NCBI GenBank assembly: GCA_000496235.1
Contig: KI543222.1
Coordinates: 26,942-90,941, forward strand
Direction of reading: 5' to 3'
From: an uncultured archaeon A07HR60
Lineage (GTDB): Archaea; Halobacteriota; Halobacteria; Halobacteriales; Haloferacaceae
Length of the DNA: 64,000 nt
Shown here in pieces: positions 48,388 through 58,532 of this stretch. Under the pieces are notes generated by a model. The model was not told the origin of the DNA. It ran no database searches and was given only the letters and a program-made list of their open reading frames with translations. Every line of letters begins with the position of its first letter. Within the stretch, counting starts at the first letter, position 1. The position numbers were made by a program, and so were the translations under genes.

Positions 48388-49776
48388 ATGTCAGTACAAA
48401 CATCTTTTCTCGAGGAACTGCTCGACACAGATCAGATCTCCTACGGCGACTCGGAGCGAAAAGAGCGGTCGACTGACTGGGGGACCGACGAGGCCGACGG
48501 AGTGATGCCAGACGTCGTGGTCTGGCCGGAGTCGACGGCAGATGTCGCGGCAGTCGTGACGGCCGCGAACGAGCACGAAGTGCCAGTGACGCCGTACGCG
48601 GCCGGAACGAGTTTCGAGGGCAACGCAGTCCCCGTCGATAACGGAATCAGTTTAGACGTGTCCCGGATGGACGCAGTGCTCGAGGTTCGCCCCGATGATC
48701 TCCAGGTGGACGTACAGCCAGGGATCCTCGGTGACGATGTCAACGAGACAGTCGCTGAAGACGACCTCATGCTGCCCTCGCTCCCGGCTTCAGGGTCAAT
48801 TGCGACGATAGGCGGAATGATCGCCAACGACTCAAGCGGGACTAAGACGGTCAAATACGGTGAAGTCGCAGACTGGGTGCTCGAACTCGAAGTCGTCTTA
48901 CCGACCGGCGATGTTGTCACAGTCGGGAGTAAAGCAGCGAAAACGTCGGCTGGCTACAATCTGAAGAATCTCATCATCGGGAGTGAGGGAACTCTGGGAG
49001 TCGTCACTCGGGCGACGTTCAAGTTGACTCCCCGTCCGGAGCAGATCCACGGCGGGCGAGCAATGTTTGAGGATATTGACGCGGCGACCGCCGCTATCGC
49101 CGAGGTGATCCAGTCTGGCATCGATGTCGCCAAAATCGAGTTGATTGATGCGTTCAGCGCGAGAGTGTCGAACGAGTATCTTGATACGTCGCATCCAGAC
49201 GTACCGATGGTCTTCGTCGAATTTCACGCGGATCACAGCATCAGCCGAGAAGTCGAACGCTGTCGGACGGCGTTCGAGGATCACGGTGTCCGATCGTTCG
49301 ACGTGAGTGAGGCCGGCCCTGAGATGGACGAACTGTGGGAAGCACGTAGCAAACTTGGCAAAGCATTCGAACCATATGATCCTGATTTGTCATCATTAGC
49401 GGCTGGTGACATTACGGTCCCAATCAGTCGGTACCCAGAGATAATCGATTTCGCTAAGACGCTCAGTAACGAGCACGACATTCCAGTGGCCACGTTCGGC
49501 CACGCTGGCGATGGAAACGTGCACTATCATATTATGATTGATCCCGACGACCCAGCATCCGTCGCGACCGGTGAGACAATTGCAGAGCGTCTCGTTGAGC
49601 GCACGATCGAACTGGGCGGCACTTCGACTGGTGAACACGGCGTCGGGACCGGCAAGCGGGAATATCTTACTAACGAATATAATCCGGCCACGCTCGAGAC
49701 GATGCAGTCGATTAAACAGACACTCGACCCCAACGGCATACTCAACCCAGGGAAGATATTCGTTGACGAGACGTAG
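48388..49776 (+). CDS. FAD-linked D-2-hydroxyacid dehydrogenase, copy 2
   Basis: Same length and motifs as copy 1. Confidence 0.92.
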   Translation: MSVQTSFLEELLDTDQISYGDSERKERSTDWGTDEADGVMPDVVVWPESTADVAAVVTAANEHEVPVTPYAAGTSFEGNAVPVDNGISLDVSRMDAVLEVRPDDLQVDVQPGILGDDVNETVAEDDLMLPSLPASGSIATIGGMIANDSSGTKTVKYGEVADWVLELEVVLPTGDVVTVGSKAAKTSAGYNLKNLIIGSEGTLGVVTRATFKLTPRPEQIHGGRAMFEDIDAATAAIAEVIQSGIDVAKIELIDAFSARVSNEYLDTSHPDVPMVFVEFHADHSISREVERCRTAFEDHGVRSFDVSEAGPEMDELWEARSKLGKAFEPYDPDLSSLAAGDITVPISRYPEIIDFAKTLSNEHDIPVATFGHAGDGNVHYHIMIDPDDPASVATGETIAERLVERTIELGGTSTGEHGVGTGKREYLTNEYNPATLETMQSIKQTLDPNGILNPGKIFVDET

Positions 49777-50054
49777 CTGTGACCCTCAGGCGCATTTTCT
49801 GAGAGACCCAACCGAGCAGTTAATTGGTGGTCACAATGGGGCTGAGACCCGCTGAAGCTGCGTATTCGGCAGTCACTGACCGCGACGGTCTGCTGGTCAC
49901 CGTCGACCGCTGTAGCTGGCACGGCTCGACACAAACCGATACGGTAGCCCGACGGATTACAGAGTTCGTTCCTCTCCATTCCGACTCGACCCGGGTGGCT
50001 CCAGGGTTCGGTGCCGGCGGTAAATTTAATCCCACAGCGAGGGCCAGTTAGACC

Positions 50055-51266
50055 ATGTCAGAGACGTCCGATGGCCCGTTGAATGGGCTGAGTGTCGTCG
50101 ATTTCTCGGGAATGATCAGCGGCGGATTTGCGACCATGACACTCGCGGATTTCGGTGCCGACGTCGTCAAAGTCGAACACCCGGAGTTCACAGACCCACT
50201 GCGCGACTGGGCGCCCACTGAGGGGGAGACGTCGCTGTGGTGGAAGTCGATCGGGCGGAACAAGCGGTGTGTGACCCTCGATCTCGACAGCGATGAGGGT
50301 CGCGAGTTGGCGTTGGGGTTGGTTGAGAAAGCCGACGTGGTCTTTGAGAACTTCCGGCCGGGAAAGATGGAAGAGTGGGGACTCGACTACGAGAAGCTCC
50401 GCGAGGTCAACGAGAGTGTCATTTTCGTTCGAATCTCCGGCTACGGACAGACCGGGCCCAAATCCGCAAAACCGGGATTTGGAACGGTCGCCGAGGGAGT
50501 CGCTGGGTGGGCACAGGTGAACGGGTTCCCGGACCAGGAACCGCTCTTACCGCCGATTAGCCTCGCAGACCTCGTCGCGGCACTGTATGCCGTCCAATCG
50601 ACAATGTTCGCGGTGTTTGAGCGAGACATCGGCGCCGGCGCCAGCGGCGAAGGACAGGTGATCGATGTTAGTCTCTACGAGCCACTGTTCAGACTGTTCG
50701 TTGGCGATGTCGAAGCCTACCACAAGACCGGGGCGGTTCCCGAGCGGACCGGGAACCGGCACCCGAACGCATCCCCACGGGGTGTCTTCGAGACCACCGA
50801 CGGTCACGTGACGCTGTCAGCCTCGACACAGCCGGTGTTTGAGCGCGTCATGGCCGCGATCGATCGCGAGAGCCTGATTTCAGATGAGCGCTTTTCAACC
50901 AATGAAAAGCGCGTGGAAAACGCCGCTGCGATCGAAGAGATCATCGAAGAGTGGACCCGCCAGCAGACCACCGACGAGGCGATTGCGATTCTAGAACAGC
51001 ACGACGCAGTCGCTGGGCCGGTGCACAATCTGACGGAGATCCTCGAAGACGAACAGTTCCAGGCGCGAGACAACGTCGTGGAGATTGACGATCAAGATGT
51101 TGGGACGCTGAAAACGCCCAACGTCGTGCCGAAGTTCTCCCGGACGCCCGGCAGTGTCGACCACGCGGGACCGCGCCACGGTGAACATACCGCGGCAGTG
51201 TTTCGTGAGAAGCTTGGAGTGACCGACGAGGAGCTCGCAGCACTCAGACAGCGAGGGATCATCTGA
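50055..51266 (+). CDS. Family III CoA-transferase (CaiB/BaiF)
   Basis: LADFGADVVKVEHP, RNKRCVTLDL, ENFRPG, ISGYGQTGP. Confidence 0.93.
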   Translation: MSETSDGPLNGLSVVDFSGMISGGFATMTLADFGADVVKVEHPEFTDPLRDWAPTEGETSLWWKSIGRNKRCVTLDLDSDEGRELALGLVEKADVVFENFRPGKMEEWGLDYEKLREVNESVIFVRISGYGQTGPKSAKPGFGTVAEGVAGWAQVNGFPDQEPLLPPISLADLVAALYAVQSTMFAVFERDIGAGASGEGQVIDVSLYEPLFRLFVGDVEAYHKTGAVPERTGNRHPNASPRGVFETTDGHVTLSASTQPVFERVMAAIDRESLISDERFSTNEKRVENAAAIEEIIEEWTRQQTTDEAIAILEQHDAVAGPVHNLTEILEDEQFQARDNVVEIDDQDVGTLKTPNVVPKFSRTPGSVDHAGPRHGEHTAAVFREKLGVTDEELAALRQRGII

Positions 51267-52357
51267 TGCAGCTGACGGATGTCACGCTTCGTGAGGGCGG
51301 GCAACTGCCGGGGCGGTCTTACTCGGCCGACCAGAAGGTCGCTGCCGGATTACAACTGGACCAGCTCGGGGTGTCGAGTATCCAAGTGGGATTCCCGGTG
51401 ACGGGGCAGCGAGACGTGACGGCAACGCGGCGGCTGGCGGGGCAAACTGACGCAGCGGTGGAAGGGATTGCCCGCGCGCTCCCCGGCGATATCGACGCTA
51501 TCGTTGACGCGGACGCCGACCGTGTCGATGTCTTCGCTCCACTGTCGACGGCTCACCTCGACACGGTGATGCAGACTTCCTACCCGGAGATGCTCGATCA
51601 GCTAGAGGTGGCTATCGACCACGCCCGCGATCACGGTCTCCCGATGACGCTCACACTGATGGACGGGTTCCGGACCGATCCGGCCCGACTAATCGAGGCC
51701 TTCGAGAGGTTTGATTACCCCGAACATCTCGGGATTGCCGACACTGTCGGGTCGGAGACGCCGCGGGAAGTCCGACGAACGCTCGACACGCTATCGACCG
51801 CTGGGGTGGATCTCACACGGGTGGGCGTGCACTTCCACGAGGATCTCGGCCTTGCCACGGCAAACACGCTCGCTGCGGGGCGGGCTGGCGTCGGAAAAGC
51901 AGACGTGAGTGTGGCGAGTCTCGGTGAGCGGGCTGGGAACGCTGCGTTAGAAGAAGTGGCCGTCTCCGACATCATCACGGACGGGAACCTCGTCGAGACA
52001 GCGTCGTCAGATATAATCCCGGTTTGTGAGGCCGCGTTAGCCATCCTCGATGAGAAGATCGACCCCCGGAAGCCGATTCTTGGAGCCGACGTTACTCGCC
52101 ACGAGGCTGGAATCCACACGGCCGCGATGCTCGATGAGCCACGTGTGTTCGAGCCGTTCGACCCGGCCACATTCGGCGGGCGTCGAGAACTAGTGTTTGG
52201 CGAGGGGACTGGCCGGGGTGGTGCTCGGAAACTCCTCGAACAAGCCGATACCGACCCCTCCAACGACAACATCACCCAGCTTCTTGACCGTCTCGCCCGC
52301 GACGGCCCAGTCGACCACGTCGAGGCCCAGGCGATAGCCGAGAGGCTCGGCCAATAG
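51266..52357 (+). CDS. DRE-TIM metallolyase, LeuA/citramalate/homocitrate synthase-like, no regulatory domain
   Basis: DVTLREGGQ, IADTVG, HFHEDLGLATAN, LGERAGNA, HEAGIH. Confidence 0.85.
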   Translation: MQLTDVTLREGGQLPGRSYSADQKVAAGLQLDQLGVSSIQVGFPVTGQRDVTATRRLAGQTDAAVEGIARALPGDIDAIVDADADRVDVFAPLSTAHLDTVMQTSYPEMLDQLEVAIDHARDHGLPMTLTLMDGFRTDPARLIEAFERFDYPEHLGIADTVGSETPREVRRTLDTLSTAGVDLTRVGVHFHEDLGLATANTLAAGRAGVGKADVSVASLGERAGNAALEEVAVSDIITDGNLVETASSDIIPVCEAALAILDEKIDPRKPILGADVTRHEAGIHTAAMLDEPRVFEPFDPATFGGRRELVFGEGTGRGGARKLLEQADTDPSNDNITQLLDRLARDGPVDHVEAQAIAERLGQ

Positions 52358-52677
52358 AAGAACTGAACCCGAGAGAGTCAAGACGAGTGAAATGAGAGAC
52401 CATACCTCCTCCAACGTATCGCCACCCACTACCCAGCTCACAGACGCCGGACTCAGATACCCCGATTAGCCGTCTCGGTGGGCGACCATCTGTCGACATC
52501 AATCGGGACTGGAAATCGTGGGTACGCTCACACTCAGAGTGACGCAGATATCTGCTGATTTAAGAGCACTGACAGGCTTCTCCGGCTAGAGTCGGAGTCC
52601 CACCAGCGAAGCACGTGTTCCGAGTCAAGGTCGGATTCAGATTCAGACCCACACTAAACGCAGAATCAGTCGGAAAC

Positions 52678-54045
52678 TCAGAGGTCGACGGTTCCGACCC
52701 CATTGCTGTATTCGATATCGGTGTCGAACCGAGCGGAAAGTTCGTCGACATGGTTGATGATTCGCTGGGCGCGGTCACCAGTCGCTCGGGTGGGTGTGCC
52801 CGTGTACACCGTCGGTGAGGCGCGGAGATACCCTGGGTGGATCGTGACCCGTGCAAGATCGAATTCGTCGTCGAATTCACAGACAGGGACCAGAGTACCG
52901 AGCACGTCGCCAGAGAAGTAGCCCTGAGCTGGGCTTTCGACGGCTCCGCCATAGTCAGCATCAGAGTCGTCAGCATCCTCGTCGAACATACTGGAAATAC
53001 CCCGCTCGGCGAGCACCTGCCCCGGAGCGGCGTCTGCCGAGTGGCCATCGAACCCGTCACTGTAGCGGTCGTAAAACTCGGCCGGAAGCCGCCGCGTAGT
53101 GTCGCTCATCATGAAGAAATCACCTGGGTCGTGCAACACGATCCCACCGCCGTACCGGTCGATCCCACGTAACGGCGTGTGGGACCCCTGGCATAGAACG
53201 ACATCTGCCCCGGCGTCAATACAGTCGCGGGTGAACGCGGGCAGAAACGGCGCCGGGTCACTCAGATCTCCGTCAGTGTCCCACTCGTGTGTGTGGACGT
53301 GCGCGACGGTGATGTCGGCTTGTCGGTCCGCCTCCGCGACTGCCCGCAGGTTACCCTGGCGGTCGGTCGAGTCCAGAACCGGTCGCACCCCGGGCTGTTC
53401 TGAGGCCGTCACGTTGAACACGGTGTTGTGGAGTCCCGGGGGATTGAAGCGATAGCCGTCATCGGTCGGCGTCACCCACTGCCCCATCGCCGCCGCGAGG
53501 CTGCGGTACTGATCGAGTGCGTCCGGTCCCATCTCGAAGTGGTATCCCAGCGGATTGACGCCTGGACGTCCTCCGTGGTCACGACGCGCCCGTCCGGCGC
53601 GGCTCCACGGCGTGAACGAGGTCGTCATCGATACGCACGCGACCCGACCGCCACTCGCTTCCCGGTACACGGGGCCGCGTGCGTCCGCAAGGGTTCGACC
53701 GGTCCCGGTGAAGTCGATATCCTGGTTTTCTAATGCTGCCCACGTAGACGCTAACCCGCCGTACCCGTAATCGAGTGCGTGGTTGGACGCGTGCGACACC
53801 ATCTCAAAGCCGGCCCACGCGAATTCTTCCGCGATTCGTGGCTGTGCGCTCATCCAGGTCCCGCCCGCCTCCGCGGCCGGATAGGCGTGGTCGTCGGCCT
53901 CGTCCAGGAGGTTCATTTCAAGATGGGTGAATCCGATATCAGCCGCGCGGATCTCGTCAATCAGCGAGAGGAATCCCTCGTCATCACAGGCGGAAATACG
54001 CCGATTGACGATGGAATCCCCGGAGAGTGCGACAGTTAGCGTCAT
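52678..54045 (-). CDS. CapA/PGA_cap-family metallophosphoesterase-like protein
   Basis: LSGDS, HLEM, ASNHALDYG, HVHTHE, IDAGADVVLCQGSH, DPGDF. Confidence 0.85.
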   Translation of the reverse strand: MTLTVALSGDSIVNRRISACDDEGFLSLIDEIRAADIGFTHLEMNLLDEADDHAYPAAEAGGTWMSAQPRIAEEFAWAGFEMVSHASNHALDYGYGGLASTWAALENQDIDFTGTGRTLADARGPVYREASGGRVACVSMTTSFTPWSRAGRARRDHGGRPGVNPLGYHFEMGPDALDQYRSLAAAMGQWVTPTDDGYRFNPPGLHNTVFNVTASEQPGVRPVLDSTDRQGNLRAVAEADRQADITVAHVHTHEWDTDGDLSDPAPFLPAFTRDCIDAGADVVLCQGSHTPLRGIDRYGGGIVLHDPGDFFMMSDTTRRLPAEFYDRYSDGFDGHSADAAPGQVLAERGISSMFDEDADDSDADYGGAVESPAQGYFSGDVLGTLVPVCEFDDEFDLARVTIHPGYLRASPTVYTGTPTRATGDRAQRIINHVDELSARFDTDIEYSNGVGTVDL

Positions 54046-54211
54046 AAAATCACCATGGTTGTAGATAGTATAAATTTCACACCCTTTCTGAGCAAGTGTC
54101 AGCGGTCTCGACACCGGGAGTCAACTCCAGCAATGCCACCAATCTGCAGGAGCGAGCGACCTCCTGGTCGATCCACAGAGGACGTGAAATGCGGTCCTGA
54201 GAGGCTAGCGC

Positions 54212-55414
54212 TCAGCCGACGATATCCTGGTCGCGAAGCCGCTCGATTTCGGCCGGGTCGTACCCGTGACGTTTGAGGAGTGCGTCGGTGCTCTCGCCGA
54301 CTTGCTGTGGGGCCACCGCCAGTTCGGTGGTTAGCTCAGTGAAATTGACGGGATGGTCGATTACTTCTGCATCCTGGCGGCCCTCACGCTCCATGGTCTG
54401 TCGGAGTTGCCGTTGGCGGACGTGGTCGTCTTCCCAGACGGAGACTGTATCGTGGATCGGGCCCGCAGGGACATCGTGTGCCTGGAGGAGATCCAGCCAC
54501 TCGTCGATCGGGTGCTCGCCGAAGACTGCCTCGAGTTCCTCAGTCAAAGCGTCGACGTGTTCCACACGATCGGCTAATTCCTCAAACCGCTCGTCGGCCA
54601 TCAGGTCGGGGCGATCAATCGCCGCACAGAGGTTTGCCCACAGAGAATCCGTCGCCGCGGCCACCACCATCCGCTCGTCAGCGCATTCAAACACCCCGAA
54701 TGGCGCAATCGAGGGGTGACGGACCCCACCCCGGGGGAACGGTTCGTCCAGGCCAAACGAGTGGCCAGCCCGCGAAGTCAGCCAACTGATGAGCGCATCG
54801 AGCATCGGTACTTCGATCCACTCGCCGTCGATGCGGCCGCGCTCGCGTGCAAACAGTGTCGCCAGGACACTCTGCGCGGCGTACATTCCCGCGGTGAGGT
54901 CACCGCTCGGCAGCCCCGACCAGAGTGGGGGGCCGTCGGACTCGCCCGTCATGGACATCACCCCGCTCATCGCTTGGATCAGCATATCCCAGGCTGGGAC
55001 TTCTCTGTAAGGGCTGTCGTGCCCGAAGCCCGCAATCGAGCAGTAGATAATCTCTGGATTCGTCTCCGAGACTGACTCGTAACTGAGGTCATACGTTGCC
55101 GGTCGCCCGAATTTGGTACTCTCGATGAAGACGTCAGCGTCTGCGAGCAGTCGGTGGGCGAACTCCTGGCCATCCTCACTCTTGAGATCAATCGCAACGC
55201 TCCGCTTGTTCCGATTGACAGCATCAAAATACGTCGGTGACGGTCTGAATGATCGGCTCCGATCGCCCCGCCCGACTGGCTCGATTTTGATTACCTCTGC
55301 GCCCATATCGCCGAGCATCATCGTCGCGAACGGCCCCGCGAGAACCTGCGTGAGATCGACTACAGTCACACCCTTCAGTGGGAGGACACCCGAGTCTGCA
55401 TTCACTGGATTCAC
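54212..55414 (-). CDS. Family III CoA-transferase (second); start approximate
   Basis: VVDLTQVLAGPFATMMLGDMGAEVIKIEP, NRNKRSVAIDLK, QAMSGVMSMTG. Confidence 0.92.
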   Translation of the reverse strand: MNPVNADSGVLPLKGVTVVDLTQVLAGPFATMMLGDMGAEVIKIEPVGRGDRSRSFRPSPTYFDAVNRNKRSVAIDLKSEDGQEFAHRLLADADVFIESTKFGRPATYDLSYESVSETNPEIIYCSIAGFGHDSPYREVPAWDMLIQAMSGVMSMTGESDGPPLWSGLPSGDLTAGMYAAQSVLATLFARERGRIDGEWIEVPMLDALISWLTSRAGHSFGLDEPFPRGGVRHPSIAPFGVFECADERMVVAAATDSLWANLCAAIDRPDLMADERFEELADRVEHVDALTEELEAVFGEHPIDEWLDLLQAHDVPAGPIHDTVSVWEDDHVRQRQLRQTMEREGRQDAEVIDHPVNFTELTTELAVAPQQVGESTDALLKRHGYDPAEIERLRDQDIVG

Positions 55415-55898
55415 CACGCGACCACCCCACACGGCCGCGCGATAATCTCTCTATCATCACGACTCCAGTGGACGGCCGTGGCACCGTCACACTCGTCGAC
55501 GGCCACGCCCAGAAGGGCCTCACCATGCGGGACGGTCAGGGGGCGGGCGATGCGACTCTGCAGGGCCGCGTCGGCAATCACTCGTATAATCGCGCCGTTT
55601 TGTCGGTCGTGTGTCATACTATCTTATCGGCAGAACAGAACCTAAGGGTTCGGGCAGCCCCGGCCCACGGAAGTGGCATCTCCGGTCTAACCGCGGAGTT
55701 CCGCGTGATTAGGGCCCAGTCTGCCCGGCTGGCGGTATTCGGTAGAGTAAACACAGTCGAAGACAGGGCTCAGACCGGGCCAAACGAGGACTGTCTGTGG
55801 GCGGACGGACAGACAATACCCGCTCAATCGGTGGATTAATTCACTCCGTTTGCAGTGGTTGCTAACTGCCGCGGTCGTGCGGGGTGAACATAGCTTAC

Positions 55899-55946
55899 AG
55901 GCTGAGCAGAGCGAGTGTCTCGGGGCTTGACCACAGGATGATTCAC
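55899..55946 (+). mobile_element. 48 bp PATE-like element
   Basis: TTAC|aggctgagcagagcgagtgtctcggggcttgaccacaggatgattcac. Confidence 0.65.
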
Positions 55947-56060
55947 AGGTGGATTTGTCCCGCCGGTCGATAGTAGTGCGAGCTGTTCGGTCAGAACGCT
56001 CAGGATGACCGTTTCCGGGGGGACCGCGGATTTCAAGTGACGAGCCGGCTTATATTACGT

Positions 56061-58361
56061 ATGAGTGACGGGGCCGACATCAGACAACTAGACGATGACA
56101 CTATCCGGCGGATCGCCGCCGGCGAGGTGGTTGAGCGGCCCGCTTCGGTGGTCAAGGAACTCGTCGAGAACAGTCTTGACGCAGGAGCGTCGCGTATCGA
56201 AGTGGAAGTCGAGCGAGGAGGAATCGATGGGATTCGGGTCTCGGATGACGGCTCCGGAATCGCTCCGGAGTCACTGCAACTGGCCGTCGGGGAACACGCC
56301 ACCTCAAAAATCGAGGATATCGAGGATTTAGAGGCTGGTGTCGGGACTCTCGGATTCCGCGGGGAAGCGCTCCACACGGTCGGTGCCGTCTCCCGGCTCA
56401 CGATCCGGTCGAAACCTGCGGCAGGAAGCGAGCCCGGTCACGAGATAACCGTCGACGGCGGAGAAATTGGCACCGCAGAGCCGACCGGATGCCCGACCGG
56501 AACCACCGTCGCGGTCGATGACTTGTTCTACAACACACCCGCACGTCGGAAGTTCCTGAAGACCGAAACGACAGAGTTCGACCACGTCAACACCGTCGTT
56601 ACACAGTACGCACTGGCCAACCCCGACGTGGCAGTGTCACTTACTCACGACGGCCGGGAGACGTTCGCCACCGAGGGGACAGGTGAGTTGCGATCCGCGG
56701 TGCTGGCGGTGTACGGACGAGAAGTTGCAGAGGCGATGATCGAGATCGATGTCGTGCCGGAGGGCCCGGTCGACCGGGTGCGGGGTCTGATTTCGCATCC
56801 CGAGACGACCCGCGCAGGGCGTGAGTATCTTGCAACGTTCGTCAACGACCGCTACGTCACGGCTTCGGTACTTAGGGAAGCCGTAGTCGACGCATACGGT
56901 AACCAGTTAGCACCCGACCGATACCCGTTCGCCGTGCTGTTCGTCGACGTTCCACCTGCGGCCGTCGACGTCAACGTCCACCCGCGGAAGATGGAGGTGC
57001 GTTTCGACGCGGAAGTCGAGGTCCAATCTGCGGTACAAAGTGCTGTCCACGACGGGCTGATGGACCACGGTCTCCTCCGATCAACGGCTCCGAGAGGCCG
57101 CTCGGCACCCGATGAAGTTGATCTGTCGACAGCTGCCTCTCAGCAATCGGACGAGAGAGAACCCGACGCACAGTCGGCCGACGACTCGGCTACCGAGCAG
57201 TCAGGATCGGGCGTTACGAGGGAAGCGGCTGAGTCGCCCTCCAGAGCAGACTCCGACGTGACTGACGACCTCCCTAGTGGCGATGGGGCGAATCCCGATC
57301 ACCCCGATTCACCCGATCCAGAGGCGCCCTCAGGTGATGGTGACCCCGTATCGCTGGATGCCGAGACGGTAGATCCAGACGACGAACGAGCGTGGACCGT
57401 CGAGGGCATCGGTGGCGATACGGATGTGCCTGGAGGAAACGGCGTCACCGAGTCCGACGAGAACAGGATTAGCGAAACCAGCAGCTCTGACATGCCTGGG
57501 ACGGCTGACAGAACAGCACCCACCGGCGCGACCGAGGAGAATGGTGAAACGCCGGCTACCGGAACCGGGGGAGAGCTGAACACACCGACTGATACACGGA
57601 GTGAAATCAACACACCGGTGACCGGCTCCGAGAACGACGTCGGGGCTGACCCGCTCGGGACGGACTCCCGAGACACAGGAACGGTCAGTCACGTGACCGA
57701 TCAGGAAACGCTCACCGGCGAGACCACGACCGCCGAGCGTGCCTTCGAGCGACTTCCCTCGCTTCGCCTATTAGGCCAGTTCCAGGACACGTACATCGTC
57801 GCGGAAGCGCCAGAGGGACTCGTCCTGATCGACCAGCACGCAGCCGACGAGCGGGTCGCCTACGAGCGGCTTCGTGAGCAATTTAGCGATGGCACCACCA
57901 CCCAGACCCTTGCGAGCCCGATCACAATTGAACTGACGGCCCGAGAGGCCGCGCTGTTCGATGAGTACGTCGAAGCACTCGAGCGTCTCGGGTTCCAGGC
58001 GTCACGCGCGGACCAGCAGTCAGTCCAGGTTGAGGCCGTTCCGGCCGTCTTCGAGACAGCTCTGGACCCAGAGCTTCTCCGGGACGCTCTCTCAGCGTTC
58101 GTCCGAGACGGAGACGACGCCCCGGAGACTGTCGATGGCGCTGCCGACGATTTACTCGCTGACTTAGCGTGTTACCCGGCCGTCACCGGTAATACGTCGC
58201 TCACGGAGGGGTCGGTAGTCGAACTGCTCGAAACGCTCGATGACTGTGAGAACCCCTACGCCTGTCCGCACGGTCGACCGGTGATTATCGAATTCGACCA
58301 GGACGAACTTGCAGACCGATTCGAACGCGATTATCCCGGTCACGCTGGTCGCCGGCGGTGA
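56061..58361 (+). CDS. mutL: DNA mismatch repair endonuclease MutL
   Basis: IAAGEVVERPASVVKELVENSLDAGA, GFRGEAL, DVNVHP, DQHAADER, CPHGRP. Confidence 0.97.
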   Translation: MSDGADIRQLDDDTIRRIAAGEVVERPASVVKELVENSLDAGASRIEVEVERGGIDGIRVSDDGSGIAPESLQLAVGEHATSKIEDIEDLEAGVGTLGFRGEALHTVGAVSRLTIRSKPAAGSEPGHEITVDGGEIGTAEPTGCPTGTTVAVDDLFYNTPARRKFLKTETTEFDHVNTVVTQYALANPDVAVSLTHDGRETFATEGTGELRSAVLAVYGREVAEAMIEIDVVPEGPVDRVRGLISHPETTRAGREYLATFVNDRYVTASVLREAVVDAYGNQLAPDRYPFAVLFVDVPPAAVDVNVHPRKMEVRFDAEVEVQSAVQSAVHDGLMDHGLLRSTAPRGRSAPDEVDLSTAASQQSDEREPDAQSADDSATEQSGSGVTREAAESPSRADSDVTDDLPSGDGANPDHPDSPDPEAPSGDGDPVSLDAETVDPDDERAWTVEGIGGDTDVPGGNGVTESDENRISETSSSDMPGTADRTAPTGATEENGETPATGTGGELNTPTDTRSEINTPVTGSENDVGADPLGTDSRDTGTVSHVTDQETLTGETTTAERAFERLPSLRLLGQFQDTYIVAEAPEGLVLIDQHAADERVAYERLREQFSDGTTTQTLASPITIELTAREAALFDEYVEALERLGFQASRADQQSVQVEAVPAVFETALDPELLRDALSAFVRDGDDAPETVDGAADDLLADLACYPAVTGNTSLTEGSVVELLETLDDCENPYACPHGRPVIIEFDQDELADRFERDYPGHAGRRR

Positions 58362-58532
58362 GTTCGGCTCACCGGACCCGGCGTGTCCAGACACAGCGGC
58401 GATTTCACGCTGCCTCTCGTCAGGCGAGAAACTGGCGTTACCGGCACGAGACGGCACACTCAGTGTTGGGGCGTTCTAGCTTTTGACAAGCAAGCGACCA
58501 ACATTTACCCTCATCCAGTCCGTATTAATTGT

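Larger units (their letters stand above)
46172..49900 (+). repeat. Diverged tandem duplication: units ~46172-48032 and ~48034-49900
   Basis: Each unit is the DUF418 3' end + intergenic + FAD dehydrogenase + downstream flank. Confidence 0.92.

Noticed and set aside
57100..57720. Long acidic insertion in MutL as a possible intein or new domain
   Set aside because: Low-complexity linker between ATPase and endonuclease domains, with no intein splice motifs
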